A stretch of DNA of 6,623 nucleotides from Ruminococcus sp. (GTDB lineage: Bacteria; Bacillota; Clostridia; Oscillospirales; Ruminococcaceae), in assembly GCA_045539715.1 (NCBI GenBank), contig JAZQFV010000034.1, forward strand, positions 1 to 6,623, written 5' to 3'. The translations under genes and the position numbers were made by a program. Below the pieces are notes generated by a model. That model saw nothing but the letters and a program-made list of their open reading frames with translations, did not search any database and was not told the DNA's origin. Positions within the stretch are counted from its first letter, which is position 1. Each line of letters starts with the position of its first letter. Shown here one piece after another: positions 1 through 5,023 of this stretch.

Positions 1-9
1 AAATAAGGC

Positions 10-38
10 TTGACATTTTGAGGTAAGTCTGCTATATT
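10..38 (+). promoter_or_regulatory. sigma-70-type promoter for the tRNA-Ala gene
   Basis: TTGACA (10..15), a 17-nt spacer, then TATATT (33..38) with a TGc extended -10 at 30..32. It lies about 30 nt upstream of the tRNA 5' end. Confidence 0.6.
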
Positions 39-68
39 AATCAAGTCGGCAGCGAGCCGATACAATAT

Positions 69-144
<76 letters not shown>

Positions 145-187
145 AAAGCCTTGGTTTCTTCGGAAATCAAGGCTTTTTCTTGTTTTT
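145..187 (+). terminator. rho-independent terminator just after the tRNA, supplied by the element
   Basis: Stem AAAGCCTTGGTTTC / GAAATCAAGGCTTT (one G:T wobble) with loop TTCG, followed by TTCTTGTTTTT. Confidence 0.7.
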
Positions 188-240
188 ATAGCTGTTTTTG
201 TGTGATTTAGTTTGCTTTTCTCCAAGAGATAAGTGCTGAC

Positions 241-254
241 CTGTGCGCTTGATT
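241..254. repeat. left-arm copy of a 14-bp inverted repeat; candidate integrase arm-type site
   Basis: CTGTGCGCTTGATT is the exact reverse complement of AATCAAGCGCACAG at 4901..4914. The sub-motif AAATCAAG also occurs at 164..171 and 272..279, and inverted at 248..255. Confidence 0.5.
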
Positions 255-290
255 TTAGACTAAAAAATATGAAATCAAGAGGACAGAATT

Positions 291-1226
291 ATGGCTAAAA
301 TTAGACTTGTAGTGAGCGCAACTATCGAGGAAACCTTTGCCGACTTCATCGTTTCCCGAAAAACCAAAGGACTTGCAGAAAAGACCCTGCAAAGCTATCA
401 ATCACAGTTTCAAGCCGTGGCGCGTCACATTGATGTAAAGATGGACATTGCCACGCTCCAAAAGGCTGATTTGGATAAAATGATTATCAGTATGCGGGGC
501 GCGTCCCTCTCTCCCAATAGTATCAACAGCTACACACGCACTCTCAAATCCTTTTTCTCTTGGTGTAATGAGCAAGGGATCACACGCCTAAATATTCCGC
601 TCTATAAGGCGGAGGAAACTGTAAAAGAAACCTATTCAGATTTAGAACTGTCTGCATTGCTAAAAAAACCCGACATTCGCAAAGCAACCTTTGCAGAATA
701 TCGGGATTGGGTTATTATCAACTTTTTATTGAACTGCGGCAGCCGTGCCGCGACAATTAGAGCTATTCAAATTCGTGATGTGGATTTAGATGCGGGAATG
801 GTGTTCTACCGACACACGAAGAACAGAAAGGCGCAAGTGATTCCCCTTTGTAGTGCCATGGTAGCCATTCTGCGGGAGTATTTACGGCATAGAGGCGGGG
901 AGGCGGCGGATTACCTCTTTTGCACTGAAACAGGCTCACAACTCACGGAAAACGGTTTGCGGCAATCTATTGCAAGGTATAACACGCGGCGCGGCGTACG
1001 AAAGACGAGTATCCATCTGTTTCGACATACATTTGCGCGAAAGTATTTGATTGATTGCGGCGGCGATGCGTTTACTCTCCAAAAGCTATTGGGACACAGC
1101 ACGCTTGCCATGACAAAACATTATTGTGCGATCTTCGATGCTGACTTGACGAAGAATTATGATAATTTCTCGCCGCTTGCACAAATGAAATCCAGTAGAG
1201 AAAAAATCGCCATGCGTGGTAGATAG
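291..1226 (+). CDS. tyrosine recombinase / phage-type integrase (311 aa)
   Basis: Intact ORF with SD-like AGAGGA 7 nt upstream. The N-terminal region resembles a SAM-like core-binding domain. Catalytic signature by eye: GSRAAT (Arg), HLFRHTFA (His-x-x-Arg), LLGHSTLAMTKHY (His and Tyr nucleophile). It sits next to attL. The stop is TAG, followed one codon later by TAA. Confidence 0.9.
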   Translation: MAKIRLVVSATIEETFADFIVSRKTKGLAEKTLQSYQSQFQAVARHIDVKMDIATLQKADLDKMIISMRGASLSPNSINSYTRTLKSFFSWCNEQGITRLNIPLYKAEETVKETYSDLELSALLKKPDIRKATFAEYRDWVIINFLLNCGSRAATIRAIQIRDVDLDAGMVFYRHTKNRKAQVIPLCSAMVAILREYLRHRGGEAADYLFCTETGSQLTENGLRQSIARYNTRRGVRKTSIHLFRHTFARKYLIDCGGDAFTLQKLLGHSTLAMTKHYCAIFDADLTKNYDNFSPLAQMKSSREKIAMRGR

Positions 1227-1249
1227 GAATAACGGGCTTGACGATAATG

Positions 1250-1282
1250 AAGGGGTAACAGCGTCAATCGCTGTTACCCCTT
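1250..1282. terminator. bidirectional stem-loop between the convergent integrase and GIY-YIG genes
   Basis: GGGGTAACAGCG (1252..1263) pairs with CGCTGTTACCCC (1269..1280) around loop TCAAT. TTTCC follows on the plus strand and TTCATTAT on the minus strand. The GIY-YIG stop codon lies in the loop. Confidence 0.6.
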
Positions 1283-1695
1283 TCCAATAGTTCAGATAAT
1301 GTGATTGTATGTGCGGCGGGATTGACGGTAAATTTCCGCCAGTTTGCCGCCGTGGGTATCTAATAGTTGAGCGGCGGGAGATGCTTGCGGATTAGCTCTC
1401 CCTCTTTCTCGCCTATTTCGTTTTCTGTAGTTTGGGCATTAGGTGTGGCGTAGTACATAACCGTAAAGCGTATGGTGTGACCGTGGCGCGTGGCTTCCGC
1501 CAGTATCTTATATTTATGTTCTTTTGGAGCGGCAATCTGTGTGTAATGCTACGCCATGCGCTATAGCATATTGAGGCTCTTGCCTATATAGACGATCTTT
1601 CCGTCCAACAGGATAGCATAAATGCCAGCGTGTTCAAATTGCTGCTCTAACCCTTTGCTTTTCAAAGAATGGTATATCCGTTGCTCAAAATTCAA
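1264..1695 (-). CDS. GIY-YIG nuclease-domain protein, 143 codons, three in-frame TAG codons read as sense
   Basis: TTG start at 1695, 6 nt after AGGAGG (complement of 1702..1707). Translation (X = TAG): MNFEQRIYHSLKSKGLEQQFEHAGIYAILLDGKIVYIGKSLNML-X-RMA-X-HYTQIAAPKEHKYKILAEATRHGHTIRFTVMYYATPNAQTTENEIGEKEGELIRKHLPPLNY-X-IPTAANWRKFTVNPAAHTITLSELLERGNSD. GIY and YIG precede the first TAG. The expected Arg/His, Glu and Asn motifs follow it in frame. TAGs are at 1561..1563, 1549..1551 and 1360..1362; the stop is TGA at 1264..1266. The supplied ORF 1561..1746 is only the N-terminal fragment. Confidence 0.7.
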
Positions 1696-1870
1696 AATAC
1701 CCCTCCTTGATCGGTTTGCATTTAGGGTATTCACAGTTAGCATCATAGTATAGAAACGCCCATAGGTTATACGATGCAGCTAACAGGTTACTATAACTGC
1801 TTGCATTTGTATCTGTAAAAAGCTAACATAAAATGTCATTTATGCAGCTTGTCATTTCATTCTCTGTCAT
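1685..1870 (-). CDS. hypothetical 61-aa protein with one in-frame TAG read as sense
   Basis: ATG at 1870, 5 nt after AAGGAG (complement of 1876..1881), directly after the upstream gene's TGA. Translation: MTENEMTSCINDILC-X-LFTDTNASSYSNLLAASYNLWAFLYYDANCEYPKCKPIKEGYFEF. TAG at 1823..1825; stop TGA at 1685..1687, overlapping the GIY-YIG TTG start by 11 nt. No recognisable motif. Confidence 0.5.
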
Positions 1871-1882
1871 AATTACTCCTTG

Positions 1883-2380
1883 TCAAAATCGAAACATTGG
1901 AGCGGGAGAAGCTTGCTTCTCACCGCCAGTATTTATTGTATTTATAGTATTTATATTTATTTCTATATCCTCCGCCGTGTTATCTTTTACGGTTTGCACT
2001 ATACCAACAGCGTCCGCCGTAAAGTCGTATGCGTCTACCGTGTTGTCTGATGATGTGTGCGTGTCGCGTTGTGGCGTTTCATAGAAATCATAAGTATTGC
2101 TGTCTTTACGCTATACAAGATAGCCTTTATCAATCAGCCGAACAAATTGGTCGCGGTATGTAGAAGCGGGCATACCTACCGCTTGCCGTATTGCGGCGGG
2201 AGAGAGCGCAAGCACAAATCCGTTTGCATTTGAGGCAAAGTACAAGTAAAGTAAGAGAGCGTGCGCCCCAAGATCGCGTGCCGCTGCTTGCCAGTTGCTA
2301 TTCTTGATGCCGAGGAAGTCAGACGCGGCACGCTCTCTGTGAATAGCAACCATTCGTTGATTAGGTACTGTATTTGGCAT
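1883..2380 (-). CDS. winged-helix replication-initiator / replisome-organizer-like protein, 165 codons, one in-frame TAG read as sense
   Basis: ATG at 2380, 7 nt after GGAGA. Translation: MPNTVPNQRMVAIHRERAASDFLGIKNSNWQAAARDLGAHALLLYLYFASNANGFVLALSPAAIRQAVGMPASTYRDQFVRLIDKGYLV-X-RKDSNTYDFYETPQRDTHTSSDNTVDAYDFTADAVGIVQTVKDNTAEDIEININTINTINTGGEKQASPAPMFRF. TAG at 2111..2113; 75 further sense codons follow before TGA at 1883..1885. The LYLY...LS...IGMP.STY...L..KGYLV pattern resembles N-terminal winged-helix domains of phage/plasmid replication proteins. That resemblance is from memory and was not searched. Confidence 0.6.
1929..1961. repeat. three tandem 9-bp repeats plus a partial unit inside the rep-like gene (iteron-like)
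   Basis: AGTATTTAT / TGTATTTAT / AGTATTTAT / ATTTAT on the plus strand. They encode INT-INT-INT in the minus-strand frame and form a local A/T-rich island within the gene. Confidence 0.6.
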
Positions 2381-2405
2381 AATAATATCTCCTGTTCTAC
2401 TGGAA

Positions 2406-2432
2406 CAGCAGGGAGGGAAAACCCTCCCGCTG
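2406..2432 (-). other. intercistronic GC-rich stem-loop between the 77-aa gene and the rep-like gene
   Basis: CAGCAGGGAGGG-AAAA-CCCTCCCGCTG with one bulged base. On the minus strand only TTCC follows, so it is not a canonical terminator. It may be a processing, attenuation or stability element. Confidence 0.4.
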
Positions 2433-2445
2433 TCGGTCATTAGTC

Positions 2446-2679
2446 TTATCGGTCAAGGCTTTTGAGTAAATCCCGCAATTCCTCTAATGCCTCTGCTTCA
2501 AGACGAATACGAACACGAGATAAGACTTCCTCTGTGATCTCGTTCTTTAGCTTCTCTATTTCGGCGCGGCGGATGAACTGATCCTTCATCAATTCTCTTG
2601 TGAAGTAGAGATTTAGGTATGCCTAAGCCTTGTCGTCAAGACCTTCAATAAAGTGATTGAAAAAGCTTTTGTTATCCAT
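2446..2679 (-). CDS. hypothetical 77-aa coiled-coil-like protein with one in-frame TAG read as sense
   Basis: ATG at 2679, 6 nt after GGAGG (complement of 2686..2690). Translation: MDNKSFFNHFIEGLDDKA-X-AYLNLYFTRELMKDQFIRRAEIEKLKNEITEEVLSRVRIRLEAEALEELRDLLKSLDR. TAG at 2623..2625; stop TAA at 2446..2448. It is absent from the ORF track because ATG-to-TAG spans only 18 codons. Confidence 0.6.
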
Positions 2680-2735
2680 GCTTTTCCTCCTTTAATTATT
2701 AAAAATTAGTGAGATTTCCCTCACTTTCTATAATT

Positions 2736-2764
2736 ATTATAACATATTTTTTTATAAAAATCAA
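2736..2764 (-). promoter_or_regulatory. promoter of the minus-strand TAG-containing operon
   Basis: On the minus strand: TTGATT (2759..2764), a 17-nt spacer, then TATAAT (2736..2741) preceded by a TGt extended -10. A 6-bp inverted repeat AGTGAG/CTCACT (2708..2725) lies between the -10 and the RBS and could be an operator. Confidence 0.6.
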
Positions 2765-2883
2765 AATGATGGAGATACAGGGCTTGCGGCAATGAATGAT
2801 AAAGGGGCGGGGTATATTATGGGAAAAACAACCTTTTACAGTGTGATAACGGGTTGATGTGGGCTGTTTCGTATCGAAATGCA

Positions 2884-2910
2884 TTGAAAATTTGCCGTAA
2901 TCGTTATAAT
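2884..2910 (+). promoter_or_regulatory. possible plus-strand promoter with a short spacer
   Basis: TTGAAA (2884..2889) and TATAAT (2905..2910) are separated by only 15 nt. If active, the transcript would cross the phased repeats and reach the 3054..3099 hairpin. Confidence 0.3.
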
Positions 2911-2917
2911 CGCAAGA

Positions 2918-2950
2918 AAAACAGCGTGAAACAGAGCAAAACAGCTAAAA
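2918..2950. repeat. three 10-bp-phased AAACAG repeats (iteron-like)
   Basis: AAACAGCGTG / AAACAGAGCA / AAACAGCTAA, with ACAG at 2921, 2931 and 2941, exactly one helical turn apart. They sit in the divergent intergenic region about 85 bp from the (TA)9 tract. Confidence 0.5.
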
Positions 2951-3025
2951 ACTTGTCGTTATGCTGTGAATTTCCGTGGACTTTTGGATGTTTTGCTGAT
3001 TCTCAAAGAAAAATGCAAAAAACGC

Positions 3026-3050
3026 TTGAATATATATATATATATATAAT
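3026..3050 (+). promoter_or_regulatory. candidate promoter of the plus-strand operon; its spacer is a TA microsatellite
   Basis: TTGAAT (3026..3031) and TATAAT (3045..3050) are separated by 13 nt, all of it TA repeat. The spacing is sub-optimal as it stands. Confidence 0.45.
3031..3048. repeat. (TA)9 dinucleotide repeat
   Basis: TATATATATATATATATA read directly from the sequence. Confidence 0.95.
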
Positions 3051-3053
3051 TGG

Positions 3054-3099
3054 ATGTGCGAAAGTTCGGTTTTCCGAAGTCGCACATTTTGCTTTTTTG
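3054..3099 (+). terminator. leader hairpin plus T-tract (attenuator-like) directly upstream of the 3114 RBS
   Basis: ATGTGCG (3054..3060) pairs with CGCACAT (3081..3087). TTCGG (3065..3069) pairs with CCGAA (3074..3078) around loop TTTT. TTTGCTTTTTTG follows, and AGGAGGG starts at 3101. Confidence 0.45.
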
Positions 3100-3113
3100 T
3101 AGGAGGGAACACA

Positions 3114-3329
3114 ATGCGTATTATTTTGGACACCGATAAAAAGACCATTACTGTACCTTGGAACTATCAAGCGAAGCTGAACGAAACGAACAAGCTGATT
3201 GCCGAATATAGTGACGGCAAGAAAGAAGCAAAGACCTTTACTGGATACATTGACGAGATTTGGAATTACTGCATTGAGCATTCCGATCAGTGCGTTGTAA
3301 CAGGCAAGAAGCCTGTGAGCAAGAAGTGA
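3114..3329 (+). CDS. hypothetical 71-aa protein
   Basis: ATG at 3114, 6 nt after AGGAGGG (3101..3107). The track's start at 3054 lies inside the leader hairpin and has no RBS. Protein: MRIILDTDKKTITVPWNYQAKLNETNKLIAEYSDGKKEAKTFTGYIDEIWNYCIEHSDQCVVTGKKPVSKK. Stop is TGA. No motif recognised. Confidence 0.6.
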   Translation: MRIILDTDKKTITVPWNYQAKLNETNKLIAEYSDGKKEAKTFTGYIDEIWNYCIEHSDQCVVTGKKPVSKK

Positions 3330-3330
3330 T

Positions 3331-3525
3331 ATGGGCGCGAAGCATATTAGCCCCACGGAAATTGTGGAAATGCAGAGGCTTTATCGGATACACGGAACAT
3401 ACGCGGCGGTAGCAAGGGAAATGGGGCGCAGTGTGTCCTCTGTTTCCAAGTATGTCAAAATGGATAATGTTCCCCGCAATATTCGTATCGCAGTTGAAAA
3501 TTTGACTAAAGAAAGGGAGAGCTAA
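3331..3525 (+). CDS. small helix-turn-helix DNA-binding protein (64 aa); possible regulator or recombination directionality factor
   Basis: The start is coupled to the upstream stop (TGAtATG). HTH-like segment: GTYAAVAREMGRSVSSVSKYV. Stop is TAA. The assigned role is inference only. Confidence 0.55.
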   Translation: MGAKHISPTEIVEMQRLYRIHGTYAAVAREMGRSVSSVSKYVKMDNVPRNIRIAVENLTKERES

Positions 3526-3526
3526 G

Positions 3527-4021
3527 ATGGAGATAACATTAAAAGGTCTTATGTTTTCTTCGACTATTAAAGACGATAGGGTTGAGTATGGCCTTTTTAA
3601 GAAAAAGATCCCCTATAATAAAATTATAGATATGAGCTTTCGCTTTGCGACTGAAGATGGTTTTGGACATATAAGGCTAGTTCTCGATGAGCCAGGGGAT
3701 ACTGAGAATAGCAATGCGGAAGTTACTATAGCGTATGATAATAAACAGCAACAGCAGGCATCAGAAGCGAGAAAATACATCTTTGATCATCTTACGGTTA
3801 GTGAGGAAAAAAAGCAGCAGATTGAAAAGCGGTACCGTAGTACTCCTATAAGATATGGTAGTTCGACACCAAATTATCCGCCCTCCGTTAAGAATAAAGA
3901 TAAAAATGGAGATGCAAGCGTAGTTGGTAGAGCTGTTATAGGAGGCATTGTTGCAGGACCCGCTGGAGCTGTGGTTGGTGCATTGAGTGCCATCGATAAG
4001 AATAACAAAAAACAAAAGTAG
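3527..4021 (+). CDS. membrane protein with a C-terminal glycine-zipper helix (164 aa), function unknown
   Basis: ATG is coupled to the upstream TAA and preceded by GGGAG. The soluble N-terminal ~90 aa is followed by a polar K/Q-rich linker, then VVGRAVIGGIVAGPAGAVVGALSAI (repeated GxxxG) and a basic tail KNNKKQK. The gene is visibly more A/T-rich than its neighbours. Stop is TAG, followed at once by a terminator hairpin. Confidence 0.7.
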   Translation: MEITLKGLMFSSTIKDDRVEYGLFKKKIPYNKIIDMSFRFATEDGFGHIRLVLDEPGDTENSNAEVTIAYDNKQQQQASEARKYIFDHLTVSEEKKQQIEKRYRSTPIRYGSSTPNYPPSVKNKDKNGDASVVGRAVIGGIVAGPAGAVVGALSAIDKNNKKQK

Positions 4022-4037
4022 CCAAATTTATATGTTC

Positions 4038-4075
4038 AAAGGAGCGGGATTTTACCTGCTCCTTTCTTTGTTGTT
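4038..4075 (+). terminator. rho-independent terminator of the 3114..4021 operon
   Basis: AAAGGAGCGGG (4038..4048) pairs with CCTGCTCCTTT (4055..4065), with one G:T, around loop ATTTTA. CTTTGTTGTT follows. Confidence 0.7.
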
Positions 4076-4204
4076 CGCAAGAGTACACCTTTACAAACAC
4101 CGAAAATCACCCTGTTATTCGTGTTCGTAATACATAAAAATAAATTTACAAACATATTCGTAAAATACTTGATATTTACGAACACTTATGGTAGAATACG
4201 AACA
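4072..4204. promoter_or_regulatory. array of at least 7 copies of a 9-bp motif (consensus TTACGAACA) upstream of the serine recombinase gene; res-like site and/or operator
   Basis: Direct copies: TTACAAACA 4091..4099, TTACAAACA 4146..4154, TTACGAACA 4176..4184, ATACGAACA 4196..4204. Inverted copies: TGTTCGCAA 4072..4080, TGTTCGTAA 4122..4130, TATTCGTAA 4155..4163. Copies 4146..4154 and 4155..4163 abut to form an imperfect 18-bp palindrome. Copies at 4176 and 4196 are 20 bp apart and bracket the -10. Confidence 0.6.
4169..4197 (+). promoter_or_regulatory. promoter of the serine recombinase gene
   Basis: TTGATA (4169..4174), a 17-nt spacer, then TAGAAT (4192..4197) with a TGg extended -10. RBS GGGAGG at 4217..4222 lies 8 nt before the ATG. 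Confidence 0.6.
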
Positions 4205-4230
4205 GATAGAACAACAGGGAGGAAACGCAA

Positions 4231-4839
4231 ATGGATAGCCGCACTTATTACTACGCAAGAGTATCAAGTAAAGAACAGAATTTAGATAGACAGATCGCTG
4301 CTTTCAAGGCTCTTGGAGCAACTGACCGTGAAATCATTACCGACAAGGAGAGCGGCAAAGATTTAGAACGGACAGGGTATCAAGCCCTCAAAAACGCAAT
4401 GCTCCGCCGTGGTGATACGCTGATTGTCAAATCTCTTGATCGCCTCAGCCGAAACAAGACAGACATTCACAACGAACTCCGCTATTTCAAGGAGAACGGC
4501 ATTCGTCTCAAGGTGATTGATCTTCCCACTACCATGATGGACTTGCCTCAAGGTCAAGAATGGGTTTTCGACATGGTAAACAATATCCTAATTGAAGTCT
4601 TGGGAACTATCGCAGAACAGGAACGAGAAACCATCCGAAAGCGGCAGGCGGAGGGCATCGAAGCGGCGAAAGCCAGCGGTAAGAAGTTGGGTAGACCTGC
4701 TTTGACATTCCCCGCCAACTGGGGCGCTGTTTATGCCTCTTGGAAAGCAGGAGAGATTACCGCAAAGACCGCTATGGAAATGACCGACACGAAACGCACA
4801 AGCTTCTATAAACTGGTCGGCATGATGGAAGAGGAGTAA
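4231..4839 (+). CDS. small serine recombinase of the resolvase/invertase family (202 aa)
   Basis: N-terminal catalytic motif YYARVSSKEQNLDRQ (Ser nucleophile), then LIVKSLDRLSR, the E-helix region EQERETIRKRQAEGI, GRP, and a C-terminal HTH-like segment. Stop is TAA. Confidence 0.88.
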   Translation: MDSRTYYYARVSSKEQNLDRQIAAFKALGATDREIITDKESGKDLERTGYQALKNAMLRRGDTLIVKSLDRLSRNKTDIHNELRYFKENGIRLKVIDLPTTMMDLPQGQEWVFDMVNNILIEVLGTIAEQERETIRKRQAEGIEAAKASGKKLGRPALTFPANWGAVYASWKAGEITAKTAMEMTDTKRTSFYKLVGMMEEE

Positions 4840-4847
4840 ACCAAAAA

Positions 4848-4881
4848 TGTCGTGGTGAGGCTTGAAATGCCTCCCACGACA
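4848..4881. terminator. strong stem-loop after the recombinase gene; the run of T is on the minus-strand side
   Basis: TGTCGTGGTGAGGC (4848..4861) pairs with GCCTCCCACGACA (4869..4881), with one bulge, around loop TTGAAAT. ATATATAAT follows on the plus strand and TTTTTGG on the minus strand. Confidence 0.55.
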
Positions 4882-4900
4882 ATATATAATGCAGATAGTC

Positions 4901-4914
4901 AATCAAGCGCACAG
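4901..4914. repeat. right-arm copy of the 14-bp inverted repeat; candidate integrase arm-type site
   Basis: AATCAAGCGCACAG is the exact reverse complement of 241..254. Both copies lie about 100-110 bp from their att core. Confidence 0.5.
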
Positions 4915-5023
4915 ACACAGCGCAAATCACTGTGTTAGCTGTACCACAAGCGAAAAGAGCGTTGAAAACCAAGCGTTTTTGGCGGTGAGCCGCCCTCTAC
5001 ACCTTGACTGCCATCGGCAGTCC

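Noticed and set aside
1561-1746. ATG at 1746 as the GIY-YIG start (track ORF)
   Set aside because: That ATG has no SD and would overlap the 61-aa gene by ~60 nt. The in-frame TTG at 1695 has AGGAGG 6 nt upstream and overlaps the preceding stop in a typical coupled arrangement. The 1561 end is a TAG, not the true end.
1833-2084. Plus-strand 83-aa ORF
   Set aside because: It lies antisense to the in-frame continuation of the rep-like gene. The product is low-complexity and hydrophobic, and there is no RBS, so it looks like a shadow ORF.
2381-2440. N-terminal 20-aa extension of the rep-like ORF (ATG at 2440)
   Set aside because: There is no RBS, and the extension is encoded by the GC-rich intercistronic hairpin. 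The internal ATG at 2380 has a GGAGA site.
1264-2679. Treating the TAG-interrupted minus-strand genes as ordinary pseudogenes
   Set aside because: Not excluded, but disfavoured. All six interruptions are TAG, and there are no frameshifts and no in-frame TAA or TGA. SD-like sites, gene overlaps and the conserved GIY-YIG motifs downstream of the stops are all intact. Random decay should not give this pattern.
1264-2679. Pyrrolysine (TAG = Pyl) as the explanation
   Set aside because: No pyl genes or methylamine methyltransferase context appear in the window. The TAGs sit in unrelated small mobile-element genes. Gln recoding fits the CAG/TAG single-transition relationship and known phage codes better. 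It cannot be formally excluded without the whole genome.
2818-2856. 12-codon mini-ORF (MGKTTFYSVITG) after a G-rich stretch
   Set aside because: It is too short, and the GGGGCGGGG stretch is a poor SD. Sequence alone gives no support for a leader-peptide role.
2854-3356. Track ORFs 2854..3102 (+), 2945..3148 (-), 3003..3356 (-), and the 3054 start of the 91-aa ORF
   Set aside because: They cross the TA microsatellite, promoter and hairpin region, have no RBS, give implausible low-complexity products, or lie antisense to well-supported genes.
4022-4234. Genuine C-terminal extension of the membrane protein beyond its TAG
   Set aside because: The stretch contains a terminator hairpin, the 9-mer repeat array and the recombinase promoter and RBS, and its translation looks non-protein-like. 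The open frame is probably coincidental. It is mentioned only as a consequence of suppression.
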